Origin: Candidatus Eiseniibacteriota bacterium
Lineage (GTDB): Bacteria; Eisenbacteria; RBG-16-71-46
Direction: 5' to 3'
Length of the DNA: 12,064 nucleotides
Assembly (NCBI GenBank): GCA_031364845.1
Contig: JANLWX010000054.1
Coordinates: 1-12,064 of the forward strand
The translations under genes were made by a program, and so were the position numbers. Shown piece after piece: positions 4,681 through 12,064 of the stretch; within the stretch, counting starts at the first letter, position 1; each line of letters begins with the position of its first letter. A model generated the notes under the pieces. That model ran no database searches and was not told the origin of the DNA. It worked only from the letters and a program-made list of their open reading frames with translations.

Positions 4681-7307
4681 TCGGCCCTCACGGCTTCGGC
4701 CGCGAGCCGGCCGGCCGCGAGGCGCGCGGGTCCGATCCCCGCGAGCATCGCGGCGGCGGCCATCGCGAACACGGCACTCACGAACACCCACGGATCGATC
4801 GCCATGCGGATCGTCCACCCGAAGTACTGCGTGTTGATCACGTGCACCAGCACGAGCGCGAGCAGCACGCCGGCGATCGCCCCGAGCAGCGCGCCGATCA
4901 GACCCAGGAGGCCGCTCTCCACCAGAACCATCTTCATCACCTGCGAGCGCAGTGCTCCCGTGGCGCGCAGGATGCCGATCTCGCGGCGGCGCTGCAGAAC
5001 GAGTGCGGTGAGCGTTCCGAACACGCCGAGCACCGCGACCAGGATCGCGATCGCCTGCAGCGCGTAAGTGATGCGGAACGTCTGATCGAACACTTCGAGC
5101 ACGCGCGTCCGCAGCGCGCGATTGGGCGTGATGCTCAGCAGCAGATCCGGCCCGGCGAGCAACACCAGGCGGGCGCGCACGGCGTCGGCGTCGGCACCCG
5201 GGGCGAGATAGAGCGCGAGGCTCTCGGTGCGATCGCTCCACATGCGCGCGTAGAGTCCGCGGTCCATCATCACGATGCCGGCGTCCGAACTGTAGTCGTA
5301 GAACACGCCCGCCACGCGCAGGCGTCGGACGCGGCCATCGGCGCCCGCGAGCGCGATCGAATCTCCGGGTGCCACCCGGTGGTGGTGCGCGAAGCTCTCG
5401 CTCGCGATCACTTCGTCGCGCGAGCGCGCCCGGGCGAGCAGTTCCCGGGGATCGCCGCGCGTGAACGACAGCCGGCCGAAGCGGCGCTGGACTTCGAAGT
5501 CGATCCCCGCGACGAACGCCGGCCGGCCGCCATAGGTGATGCGCGATCCGCGATACGTGTCGACCGCCGCGATCGCGGGTGTTCTGCGCAGCGAATCGAC
5601 CAGCGACGCGGACAGGACGGTGCTCGAGAGGTTGAGCCGGTGGCCGGCCGGCTCCACGTAGAGATCGCCGCGCACACTCTGCTGGATCCAGGTGTCCACG
5701 GTGCGGCGGAAGCTGCCGACCATGATGCTGAGCGCCACCCACATGCCGACCGACACCATGAGTGCTGCGACGACCACGCTGGTGCGCGCGACCGATGCGC
5801 GCAGGAATCCGGTCGCGAGTGCGGCTTCGATCCCGCCGAGCCGCCGCGCGAGCGGAGCCACTGCGGATTCGATCGCGAGCGTGAATCCAGGCGCGAGCGC
5901 CGAGCCCGCGGCGAGCACCAGAGCGGCACTCACGAAACCGCCCCACGGCCGGTGCGTGCTCACGGTCCACACGGCGACCAGCGCGGCTGCGCCGAGCAGC
6001 ATTGCGCCGAGCAGCGTCCAACGGCCGAAGCCGCGGTGCGAAGGTGGCGTGAATGCCCCCTGGCGGACGGTGCTCGCGGGCGGCGTCGCTGCGGCCTCGA
6101 GCGCGGGCACCAGGGCGGCGGCGAGCGACACGAGCACGCCGAGGACGTAGGCGATCACATAACTCGCGACATCCGGCCGCAACGTCTGCGCGTGGTAGAC
6201 GAGATAGAGATCGTTCAACGTTTGCGACACGGCGCCCAGCGTGGTGCGCGCGAGCAGCGTGCCGAGGACGAGCCCGATCGCTCCTCCGATCACTCCGAAG
6301 AACACGCCCTCGCTGACGAACAGCGCCGCGACGTCGGCGCGCGTCATGCCGAGCGCGCGGACGATGCCGATCTCGCGGCGGCGGCGGGTCACCGACATCG
6401 ACACGGTGTTGAGGATCAGGAACGACGCGACGAACAACGCGATGAACGAGAGTGCCGTGAGATTGAGCTGGAATGCGCGCACCATGTTCTCGACCTGGCG
6501 GCTGCGGCCACGTGGCGTCTCGACCGTCACGCCGGCCGGCAGGCGACGCGTGAGTTCGGCGGCAACCGCATCGCGGCGCGCGGGATCGACGACCAGATCG
6601 ATGCGATCGAGACGGCCGAGCCGGTTGAAGTGTTGCTGCGCCGCCGCGAGATCCACGATCACGACGTTGCCGCCGTAGGCCTGCTGCAGCGCCTGGGATT
6701 CGATCACGCGGCGCACGATCAGGACGACCGGAAGACCGGACGACAGCACGGTCAGCGAATCGCCTGGAGCAAGCCCATGGCGCGTCGCGAGCGCGCGCGT
6801 GATCGCGGCCGCGCGCGGATCGTTCAGGAACTCGAGTGCCGCGGGGCCCGCTCCTGCCGTCGCGGAGTCGGCATCGCCCCACAACCGAAAGCGCTCGAAC
6901 GCGGCTTCCGAAAACACATCGACGCCGAGCACCAGCACCTGATCGGGATACGACACACGCGCGCGCATCGCGTCCGGATCATCCGAAGCCCTGCGCGAAG
7001 CCGGACCGCCGGGTCGCGCGAGCGCATCGATCTGGACGATCGGCGCCGCCGCGATCACGCCCGCGGTCCCGCGGGCAAGCGGAAACGCGCGCTCGTCGAT
7101 GCCTTCGCTCCCGCCGCTCAGCTCGAGGTTCGCGCGGCCCGCCACGGCATCGACGGTGTCGGTGAACGACGCGAGCGCCGAGGTGCTCGCGAGCCGCACA
7201 CTCACGAACACGCCGACACCGAGGGCGACGCCAGCCAGCGTGAGCAGCGTGCGGAGCCGCTCGCGGGCAAGATGCCGCGCGATGATCCAGCGGAACGCGG
7301 CGGTCAC
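4677..7307 (-). CDS. ABC transporter permease, FtsX/MacB (type VII) family, internally duplicated (AttFG-like), 876 aa
   Basis: N-terminal RTLLTLAGVALGVGVFVSV helix. Two large extracytoplasmic domains, each followed by an FtsX-type motif (RRRREIGIVRALG and QRRREIGILRATGA), and many hydrophobic helices. GTG start overlaps the ATPase stop (GTGA). Confidence 0.93.
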   Translation of the reverse strand: MTAAFRWIIARHLARERLRTLLTLAGVALGVGVFVSVRLASTSALASFTDTVDAVAGRANLELSGGSEGIDERAFPLARGTAGVIAAAPIVQIDALARPGGPASRRASDDPDAMRARVSYPDQVLVLGVDVFSEAAFERFRLWGDADSATAGAGPAALEFLNDPRAAAITRALATRHGLAPGDSLTVLSSGLPVVLIVRRVIESQALQQAYGGNVVIVDLAAAQQHFNRLGRLDRIDLVVDPARRDAVAAELTRRLPAGVTVETPRGRSRQVENMVRAFQLNLTALSFIALFVASFLILNTVSMSVTRRRREIGIVRALGMTRADVAALFVSEGVFFGVIGGAIGLVLGTLLARTTLGAVSQTLNDLYLVYHAQTLRPDVASYVIAYVLGVLVSLAAALVPALEAAATPPASTVRQGAFTPPSHRGFGRWTLLGAMLLGAAALVAVWTVSTHRPWGGFVSAALVLAAGSALAPGFTLAIESAVAPLARRLGGIEAALATGFLRASVARTSVVVAALMVSVGMWVALSIMVGSFRRTVDTWIQQSVRGDLYVEPAGHRLNLSSTVLSASLVDSLRRTPAIAAVDTYRGSRITYGGRPAFVAGIDFEVQRRFGRLSFTRGDPRELLARARSRDEVIASESFAHHHRVAPGDSIALAGADGRVRRLRVAGVFYDYSSDAGIVMMDRGLYARMWSDRTESLALYLAPGADADAVRARLVLLAGPDLLLSITPNRALRTRVLEVFDQTFRITYALQAIAILVAVLGVFGTLTALVLQRRREIGILRATGALRSQVMKMVLVESGLLGLIGALLGAIAGVLLALVLVHVINTQYFGWTIRMAIDPWVFVSAVFAMAAAAMLAGIGPARLAAGRLAAEAVRAE

Positions 7308-8089
7308 GGGGCGGGTGTCGGGTACGGCGCGCGGCGGTCGCCGGTGACGGCGCCGTCGCGGATTTCGATCACGCGCTCCGCCATCGCCGCCGCTTCGCGG
7401 CTGTGCGTGACCATCACCACCGTGGTGCCGTGCACGCGGCTCAGCTCGACGATCATCTCGAGCACGCGCCCGGAAGCCCGCGAGTCGAGATTGCCGGTCG
7501 GCTCGTCGGCGAGCAGCAGGCGCGGCTCGCGGATCAGCGCGCGCGCGAGTGCCACGCGCTGCATCTCGCCACCCGAGAGCGTGTGCGGCATCGCGCGGCG
7601 GCGCTCGCCGAGCCCGACTTCGCCGAGCAACTCGTCGGCGCGCGCGAGTGCGGCGCGTTCGCCGCTGCCGGCGAGCAAGGCGGGCAGTGCCACGTTCTCG
7701 CGCGCGGCAAGCGTGGGCAGCAGATGGAACGACTGGAACACCATGCCGACCGCGTCGCGGCGGTGGCGCGTCAGCGCATCATCGCCGAGCCGCGCGAGCG
7801 CGCGCCCCGCGACCCACGCTTCGCCCGAAGTCGGAACATCGATGCCCGCGATCACGTGGAGCAGCGTGCTCTTGCCGGAGCCGCTCGGACCGACGATCGC
7901 AACGCGCTCGCCCGCCTCGATGTCGAAACTCACCCCGGCGAGCGCGCGGACGAACGGGGTCTCCGCGGAATCGGCGGGCTTGCGACGGTCACGATCACCG
8001 ACGGGCCCAGCGCCGTACTCCTTCACGACGTCCGTGAGCCGGATCGCCACGTGAGCGGGCGGAGCGCCCGCATCCGGCCGCCCGCTCAT
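7304..8089 (-). CDS. ABC transporter ATP-binding protein, LolD/MacB-type (AttE-like), 261 aa
   Basis: Walker A GPSGSGKS, Q-loop VFQSFHL, signature LSGGE, Walker B/D-loop LLLADEPTGNLD, H-loop VTH. ATG overlaps the upstream stop (ATGA). Confidence 0.95.
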   Translation of the reverse strand: MSGRPDAGAPPAHVAIRLTDVVKEYGAGPVGDRDRRKPADSAETPFVRALAGVSFDIEAGERVAIVGPSGSGKSTLLHVIAGIDVPTSGEAWVAGRALARLGDDALTRHRRDAVGMVFQSFHLLPTLAARENVALPALLAGSGERAALARADELLGEVGLGERRRAMPHTLSGGEMQRVALARALIREPRLLLADEPTGNLDSRASGRVLEMIVELSRVHGTTVVMVTHSREAAAMAERVIEIRDGAVTGDRRAPYPTPAP

Positions 8090-9003
8090 GCGGCCGTGGC
8101 GGCGGTCGCGCGTCCCACCGCAGCGGCGAGCGCGCTCTCGAGTTCGGGATGACGGAAGGTGTAGCCCGCGCCGAGCAAGGCGGCCGGCATCGCGCGAGCG
8201 CTAGAGAGCAGGGCCTCGTTCGCCATCTCGCCGAACATCGCGCGCAGCACGAACGCCGGCACCGGGAAGAACGAGGGCCGGCCGAGTGCGGCCCCCAGCG
8301 CGCGCGCGAATTCCGCATTCGGCACCGGATGCGGCGCAGTGAAGTTCACGGGTCCCGCGAGGCGGTCACTCCGCAGCACGAAGTCGGTGGCCGCGACGGC
8401 GTCCTCGAGCGCGATCCAGCTCCACCACGCACGGCCGTTGCCGATCGGACCGCCGACGCCGAACTGAAACGGGGTCATCATTTTCGCCAATGCGCCGCCC
8501 TGCGCTCCGAGCACGATGCCCATGCGCGGATGCACGACACGGATGCCGCCGCGCTGGGCCGGCTCGGCGGCCTGCTCCCACGCGCGCGCGAGTCGCGTGA
8601 GGAAGCCGCGTCCTTCGGCGCTCGATTCGGTGAGTTCCTCGTCGCCGCGATCGCCATAGAAGCCGACCGCCGACATCGACACCAGCACACGCGGGCGGCG
8701 TTCGAGACGGGCGAGGGTCTCGGACAGGAGCCGCGTGCTCTCGATGCGGCTGCTCCACAGGCGCTGCTTGCGCGCCGGCGTCCAGCGCTCGTCGGCGATG
8801 CCTTCGCCCGAGAGATGGACGACACCATCGAAGCCTTCGAGCAATGCGGGATCGAGCGACCCGCGAGCGGGATCCCAGCGGATGTCGTTCGGCTTCTCGG
8901 GCACGCGGCGCACGAGCCGCGACACATCGTGTCCCGCGCCTTCGAGATGTGGCACGAGTGCGCCGCCGATGAAACCGCTCGCGCCCGAGATCAGCAGGCG
9001 CAT
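8086..9003 (-). CDS. TIGR01777 family NAD(P)-binding oxidoreductase / epimerase-like protein (YfcH/SDR39U1-like), 305 aa
   Basis: MRLLISGASGFIG Rossmann motif, HLSGEGIA..RWT, SRIEST, SAVGFYG, GGPIGNG, SWIALED, GPVNFTAP, and a C-terminal LGRPSFFPVP...GEMA (DUF1731-like) region. ATG 9003 is preferred because family members begin at the Rossmann strand. GTG 9036 is an alternative. Confidence 0.92.
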   Translation of the reverse strand: MRLLISGASGFIGGALVPHLEGAGHDVSRLVRRVPEKPNDIRWDPARGSLDPALLEGFDGVVHLSGEGIADERWTPARKQRLWSSRIESTRLLSETLARLERRPRVLVSMSAVGFYGDRGDEELTESSAEGRGFLTRLARAWEQAAEPAQRGGIRVVHPRMGIVLGAQGGALAKMMTPFQFGVGGPIGNGRAWWSWIALEDAVAATDFVLRSDRLAGPVNFTAPHPVPNAEFARALGAALGRPSFFPVPAFVLRAMFGEMANEALLSSARAMPAALLGAGYTFRHPELESALAAAVGRATAATAA

Positions 9004-9085
9004 CGTGACCCCGCTGACCGCGCGTTCAGTGCGCACCGCAAACGTGAAACGTGTCGCGCGGCCGCGGGGATCTCGAAATCAAGCA

Positions 9086-9853
9086 TCAGGCCTTGCGCTC
9101 CATCGAGGTCATGAACGCGCGCAGGAAGTCGACCGGCACCGGGAAGATGGTGGTCGAGTTGTTCTCGGTCGCGATCTCGGCCAGCGTCTGCAGATAGCGC
9201 AGCTGCAGTGCGGCGGGCTCGCGCCCGAGGACGGCGGCGGCCTCCGCCAGACGCGCGGCCGCCTGGTACTCGCCTTCGGCATTGATGACTTTGGCGCGGC
9301 GCTCGCGCTCGGCTTCGGCCTGTCGAGCGATCGCGCGCTGCATTTCCTGCGGCAGGTCGACGTTCTTGACCTCGACGTTCGAAACCTTGATGCCCCACGG
9401 CTCGGTCTGGCGGTCGATCACCTGCTGAAGCGCCTGATTGAGCTTCTCGCGCTCCGACAACAATTCGTCGAGCTCCTGCTGGCCGAGAATCGAGCGCAGC
9501 GTGGTCTGGGAGATCTGCGACGTGGCGTAGAGGAAGTTCTCGACCTGGACGACGGCATCGGCGGCGGAGACCACCTTGAAGTAGATCACCGCGTTGACCT
9601 TCACCGACACGTTGTCGCGCGTGATGATGTCCTGCGGCGGAACGTCCATCGTCACGGTGCGCAGGCCGACTTTGACCGCGCGATCCACGATCGGAATCAA
9701 GAGCACCAGTCCCGGGCCGCGCTCACCGACCAGGCGGCCGAGGCGGAACACGACCAGACGCTCGTACTCGCGCACGACGCGCACCGCGTTCGCGAACACG
9801 ACGATCACCAGCAGCACGATGAAGAAAGCGAACGATCCGACCAACGGTCCCAT
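9086..9853 (-). CDS. SPFH/Band 7 domain stomatin-like (slipin) protein, 255 aa
   Basis: N-terminal membrane anchor. Motifs [48 protein letters not shown] and [30 protein letters not shown]-like AGGGAGG in the nfeD 3' end. One nt separates it from the nfeD stop. Confidence 0.96.
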   Translation of the reverse strand: MGPLVGSFAFFIVLLVIVVFANAVRVVREYERLVVFRLGRLVGERGPGLVLLIPIVDRAVKVGLRTVTMDVPPQDIITRDNVSVKVNAVIYFKVVSAADAVVQVENFLYATSQISQTTLRSILGQQELDELLSEREKLNQALQQVIDRQTEPWGIKVSNVEVKNVDLPQEMQRAIARQAEAERERRAKVINAEGEYQAAARLAEAAAVLGREPAALQLRYLQTLAEIATENNSTTIFPVPVDFLRAFMTSMERKA

Positions 9854-9854
9854 G

Positions 9855-11231
9855 CTATCCCTCCCTGACGGCCGGCCGGACCACGAGGGTCAGACGGTCC
9901 ACGCTCACGATTTCGACTTCCGTTCCCACTTCAATGTCGCGCGCACCGCGCGCGCTCCACGTTTCGTCTCCCAGCCGCACGCGACCTTCGGGCGCGACCC
10001 GTTCCAGCACCACAGCGCGCGCGCCGATCATCCCGGCGGCACCCGTGGTCACCGCCCGCTTCTGCGCGCGCAGTCCCGCGGCGACGATCACGAGGAAGAA
10101 CACCGTGGTCGTCACGGTGCCGCCCAGGATCACCGCCCACGACACCCGCACACCATCGCCTTCGAACAGGAACAGCGAGCCGAGCAGCATCGCGATCACG
10201 CCGCCCGCCGCGAGCAGTCCGTGGCTCGCGACTTTGATCTCGGCGAGGAAGAACACACCCGCCAGCACCAGCAACGCGATGCCGGCGTAGTTGACCGGAA
10301 GCGTGGAGAGCGCGAAGAACGCGAGGATGAGGCAGATGCCGCCGACGATGCCGGGCAGGATCGCGCCGGGATTCTGGAGTTCGAACAGCAGTCCATAGAA
10401 TCCGAGCATCAGCAGGATGTAGGCGATGTTGGGATCCGCGAGCACGGTGAGCAGCCTGACGCGGAATCCGGGATCGATCGTGTCGATCGGCAACCCCTTC
10501 ACATCCAGCGCGCGCAACTGCTCACCGCGGCGCCATTGCATGCCGTCGGCTTTCGCGAGGAGTTCGGACTCGCTCGAAGCCACGAAGTCGACGACATCGA
10601 GTTCGACCGCCTCCCGTTCGCTGGCCGCGACCGCCTTGCGCACCGCCTGCTCGGCCCATTCGCGATTGCGCCCGCGCTGCTCGGCGATCGTGCGCGCGAA
10701 TGCCGCGGCGTCGTTCGCGGCCTTGCGCGCGAGCGTGGAGTCCATCGTGCCCTGCATCTGGACCGGCGTTGCGGCGCCGATGTTGGTGCCGGGCGCCATC
10801 GCCGCCACATCCGCCGCCATCGTGACGAACACTCCGGCCGACGCCGCGCGCGCGCCGCTCGGTCCGACCCACACCAGCACCGGCACCGGGGTTGCGAGCA
10901 GGCTCTTCACCATCGTGCGCATGCTGGATTCGAGTCCACCCGGCGTGTCGAGGCGCACGATCAGCGCGCGATACTGCTCGCGTTCGGCGCGCGCCAGTGC
11001 CTGCTCAAGGGACCCGGCCATGACCGGCGACACGGTGCCTTCGAGCGGGAGCAGGAGCACGCGGTTCTCGCCCTTACGCGGCCCCGATTCGGCGCGCGAT
11101 GAAGCGGTTTTCGCGCGGAGATCGTCCGTCGAGTCGGCGCTCGATGACGCAGGCGCCCACGCGATGATGGATGCCGCGCAGGCGAGCGCCGCGCAAGCCC
11201 GAATCACGCGACCGAGACAGAGGAGGTTCAC
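9855..11231 (-). CDS. nfeD: Long-form NfeD membrane-bound ClpP-class serine protease (stomatin operon partner), about 458 aa
   Basis: Signal peptide. ClpP-like domain motifs LDTPGG, RAASAG (putative catalytic Ser), TNIGAATPV and RKAAND (putative catalytic Lys). Hydrophobic membrane domain from [13 protein letters not shown]-terminal OB-fold [12 protein letters not shown]. Adjacent to an SPFH gene. Start uncertain (TTG 11237, GTG 11231, GTG 11207); 11231 chosen from promoter geometry. Confidence 0.93.
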   Translation of the reverse strand: MNLLCLGRVIRACAALACAASIIAWAPASSSADSTDDLRAKTASSRAESGPRKGENRVLLLPLEGTVSPVMAGSLEQALARAEREQYRALIVRLDTPGGLESSMRTMVKSLLATPVPVLVWVGPSGARAASAGVFVTMAADVAAMAPGTNIGAATPVQMQGTMDSTLARKAANDAAAFARTIAEQRGRNREWAEQAVRKAVAASEREAVELDVVDFVASSESELLAKADGMQWRRGEQLRALDVKGLPIDTIDPGFRVRLLTVLADPNIAYILLMLGFYGLLFELQNPGAILPGIVGGICLILAFFALSTLPVNYAGIALLVLAGVFFLAEIKVASHGLLAAGGVIAMLLGSLFLFEGDGVRVSWAVILGGTVTTTVFFLVIVAAGLRAQKRAVTTGAAGMIGARAVVLERVAPEGRVRLGDETWSARGARDIEVGTEVEIVSVDRLTLVVRPAVREG

Positions 11232-11237
11232 AGGCAA

Positions 11238-11243
11238 ACCCTA
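11238..11243 (-). promoter_or_regulatory. Putative -10 element (TAGGGT) for a leaderless nfeD transcript
   Basis: Minus strand TAGGGT - 6 nt - in-frame GTG 11231, with no Shine-Dalgarno. The hexamer 17 nt upstream (TGGCGC) is a poor -35. Confidence 0.45.
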
Positions 11244-11352
11244 CACGCGAACCGAACCCTGCGCCACCTGCACACGAGGTCTCGCGATGCTCCAGTGACC
11301 CTGGGAAAAACCTCATAAGTTGAAGCTCGGGCGTATGCGCGAGATGGGGGCA

Positions 11353-11384
11353 CTGACGCGTTGCAGGCTCTGACGCCTTGCGGC
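11353..11384. repeat. Imperfect tandem repeat CTGACGCGTTGCAGGC / CTGACGCCTTGC-GGC, 17-nt period
   Basis: Copies start at 11353 and 11370, with 11 of the first 12 bases identical. Intergenic, directly after the threonine synthase stop. Confidence 0.6.
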
Positions 11385-11385
11385 C

Positions 11386-12064
11386 TCACCCCCGGCGCGC
11401 GAGCGCCGTCCGCCACGCTTCGGGGTACTTGAGACCGCTGCCGGTGTTGTAGATCACGACCCGGTCGGTCTGCCGCACCGCACCCGTGGCGCGCATCGTC
11501 CTCAGCGCCGCGAGCGTCGCTCCGCCTTCGGGGCAGGCGAAGCATCCTTCTGCGGCGAGATCGAGCATGCCGTCGAGCATCGCTTCTTCCGAGACCGCGA
11601 TCGCTGTCCCCTGCGACTCGCGCACTGCGCGGAGGATGAGATCGTCGGCGAACGGCGCGGGTACGCGCAGACCGCTCGCGACCGTCTGCGCATCGACCCA
11701 TGGCGACGCCCGCTCGGCGCCGGACGCGTGCGCGCGCACGATCGGCGCGCACCCTTCGACCTGAACGGCCACGAGGCGCGGAAGCCGCGGCTCGATCCAT
11801 CCGAGTTCGGCGAGTTCGAGGAACGCGCGCCACATCCCGACGAGTCCGGTGCCGCCACCGGTCGGATATAGAATCACGTCGGGCAGGATCCACCGGCACT
11901 GCTCGGCGATCTCGTAGCCGAGCGTTTTCTTGCCCTCGAGCCGGAACGGTTCCTTGAGTGTCGCGACGTGCCACCACTCGGGCGAAGGCGCCCACGCGGC
12001 GAGGGCCTTGCCGGCATCGGAGATCGTGCCTTCGACGAGCATCACCTCGGCGCCGAACGCGCGC
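11386..12064 (-). CDS. thrC: Threonine synthase (PLP-dependent, fold type II), 5' part outside the window
   Basis: The frame is open to the window edge (RAFGAEVMLVEG). Motifs LKEPFRLEGKKT, phosphate-binding loop YPTGGGTGL, VAVQVEGCAPI, CPEGGA and C-terminal NTGSGLKY. The PLP lysine region lies upstream of the window. Confidence 0.85.
   Translation of the reverse strand, partial: RAFGAEVMLVEGTISDAGKALAAWAPSPEWWHVATLKEPFRLEGKKTLGYEIAEQCRWILPDVILYPTGGGTGLVGMWRAFLELAELGWIEPRLPRLVAVQVEGCAPIVRAHASGAERASPWVDAQTVASGLRVPAPFADDLILRAVRESQGTAIAVSEEAMLDGMLDLAAEGCFACPEGGATLAALRTMRATGAVRQTDRVVIYNTGSGLKYPEAWRTALARRG

Noticed and set aside
4681..6882. N-terminal 734-aa extension of the AttH ORF (1119-aa call), suggesting a fusion or frameshift
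   Set aside because: Arg-rich out-of-frame read of the permease. The AttH-like sequence begins at ATG 4680 with a signal peptide and an ATGA overlap. No slippery site was seen.
4647..8054. 1135-aa plus-strand ORF
   Set aside because: It is antisense to the clearly real permease and ATPase genes, is His/Arg/Asp-rich and has no motifs. Long stop-free antisense frames are expected in high-GC genes.
9594..11102. 502-aa plus-strand ORF, and similar ORFs at 8149-9114, 8735-9868, 988-1842 and 10426-11298
   Set aside because: Antisense shadows of well-supported minus-strand genes, with no recognisable motifs.
11250..11266. TGGCGC as a sigma54 -24 box upstream of nfeD
   Set aside because: The required GC at -12 (GG-N10-GC) is absent; the sequence there is GG.
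11229..11270. GGCAAACC as a possible c-di-GMP-I riboswitch
   Set aside because: It lacks the following GNRA-capped stem and GACGCAAAGC receptor segment, and it is on the plus strand, opposite to the adjacent genes.

Overview
High-GC bacterial window (taxon not assignable from this sequence alone). All nine credible genes lie on the minus strand. In transcription order (right to left): a 5'-truncated threonine synthase; nfeD plus an SPFH/stomatin-like gene; a TIGR01777 (YfcH-like) NAD(P)-binding protein; a LolD/MacB-type ABC ATPase, a duplicated FtsX/MacB-type permease and an AttH/CrtC lipocalin-like secreted protein (AttEFGH-like); and an apparently separate two-gene unit encoding a hypothetical lipoprotein and an 800-aa secreted multidomain GH113-type glycoside hydrolase. 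The most notable non-coding signals are: (i) a MITE/REP-like element cut by the left edge, whose 14-bp direct repeat can fold on the minus strand only into a hairpin of alternating tandem G.A pairs capped by a GNRA loop; (ii) two TAnnnT-N6-GTG signatures suggesting leaderless mRNAs; (iii) an orphan plus-strand gene start (AAGGAGG, ATG, signal peptide) running head-on into the 3' end of attH. No CRISPR array, rRNA, tRNA or transposase was seen. The best candidates for an undescribed system are the lipoprotein + GH113 fusion pair and the G.A-zipper element. Both are inferences that need searches I cannot run.
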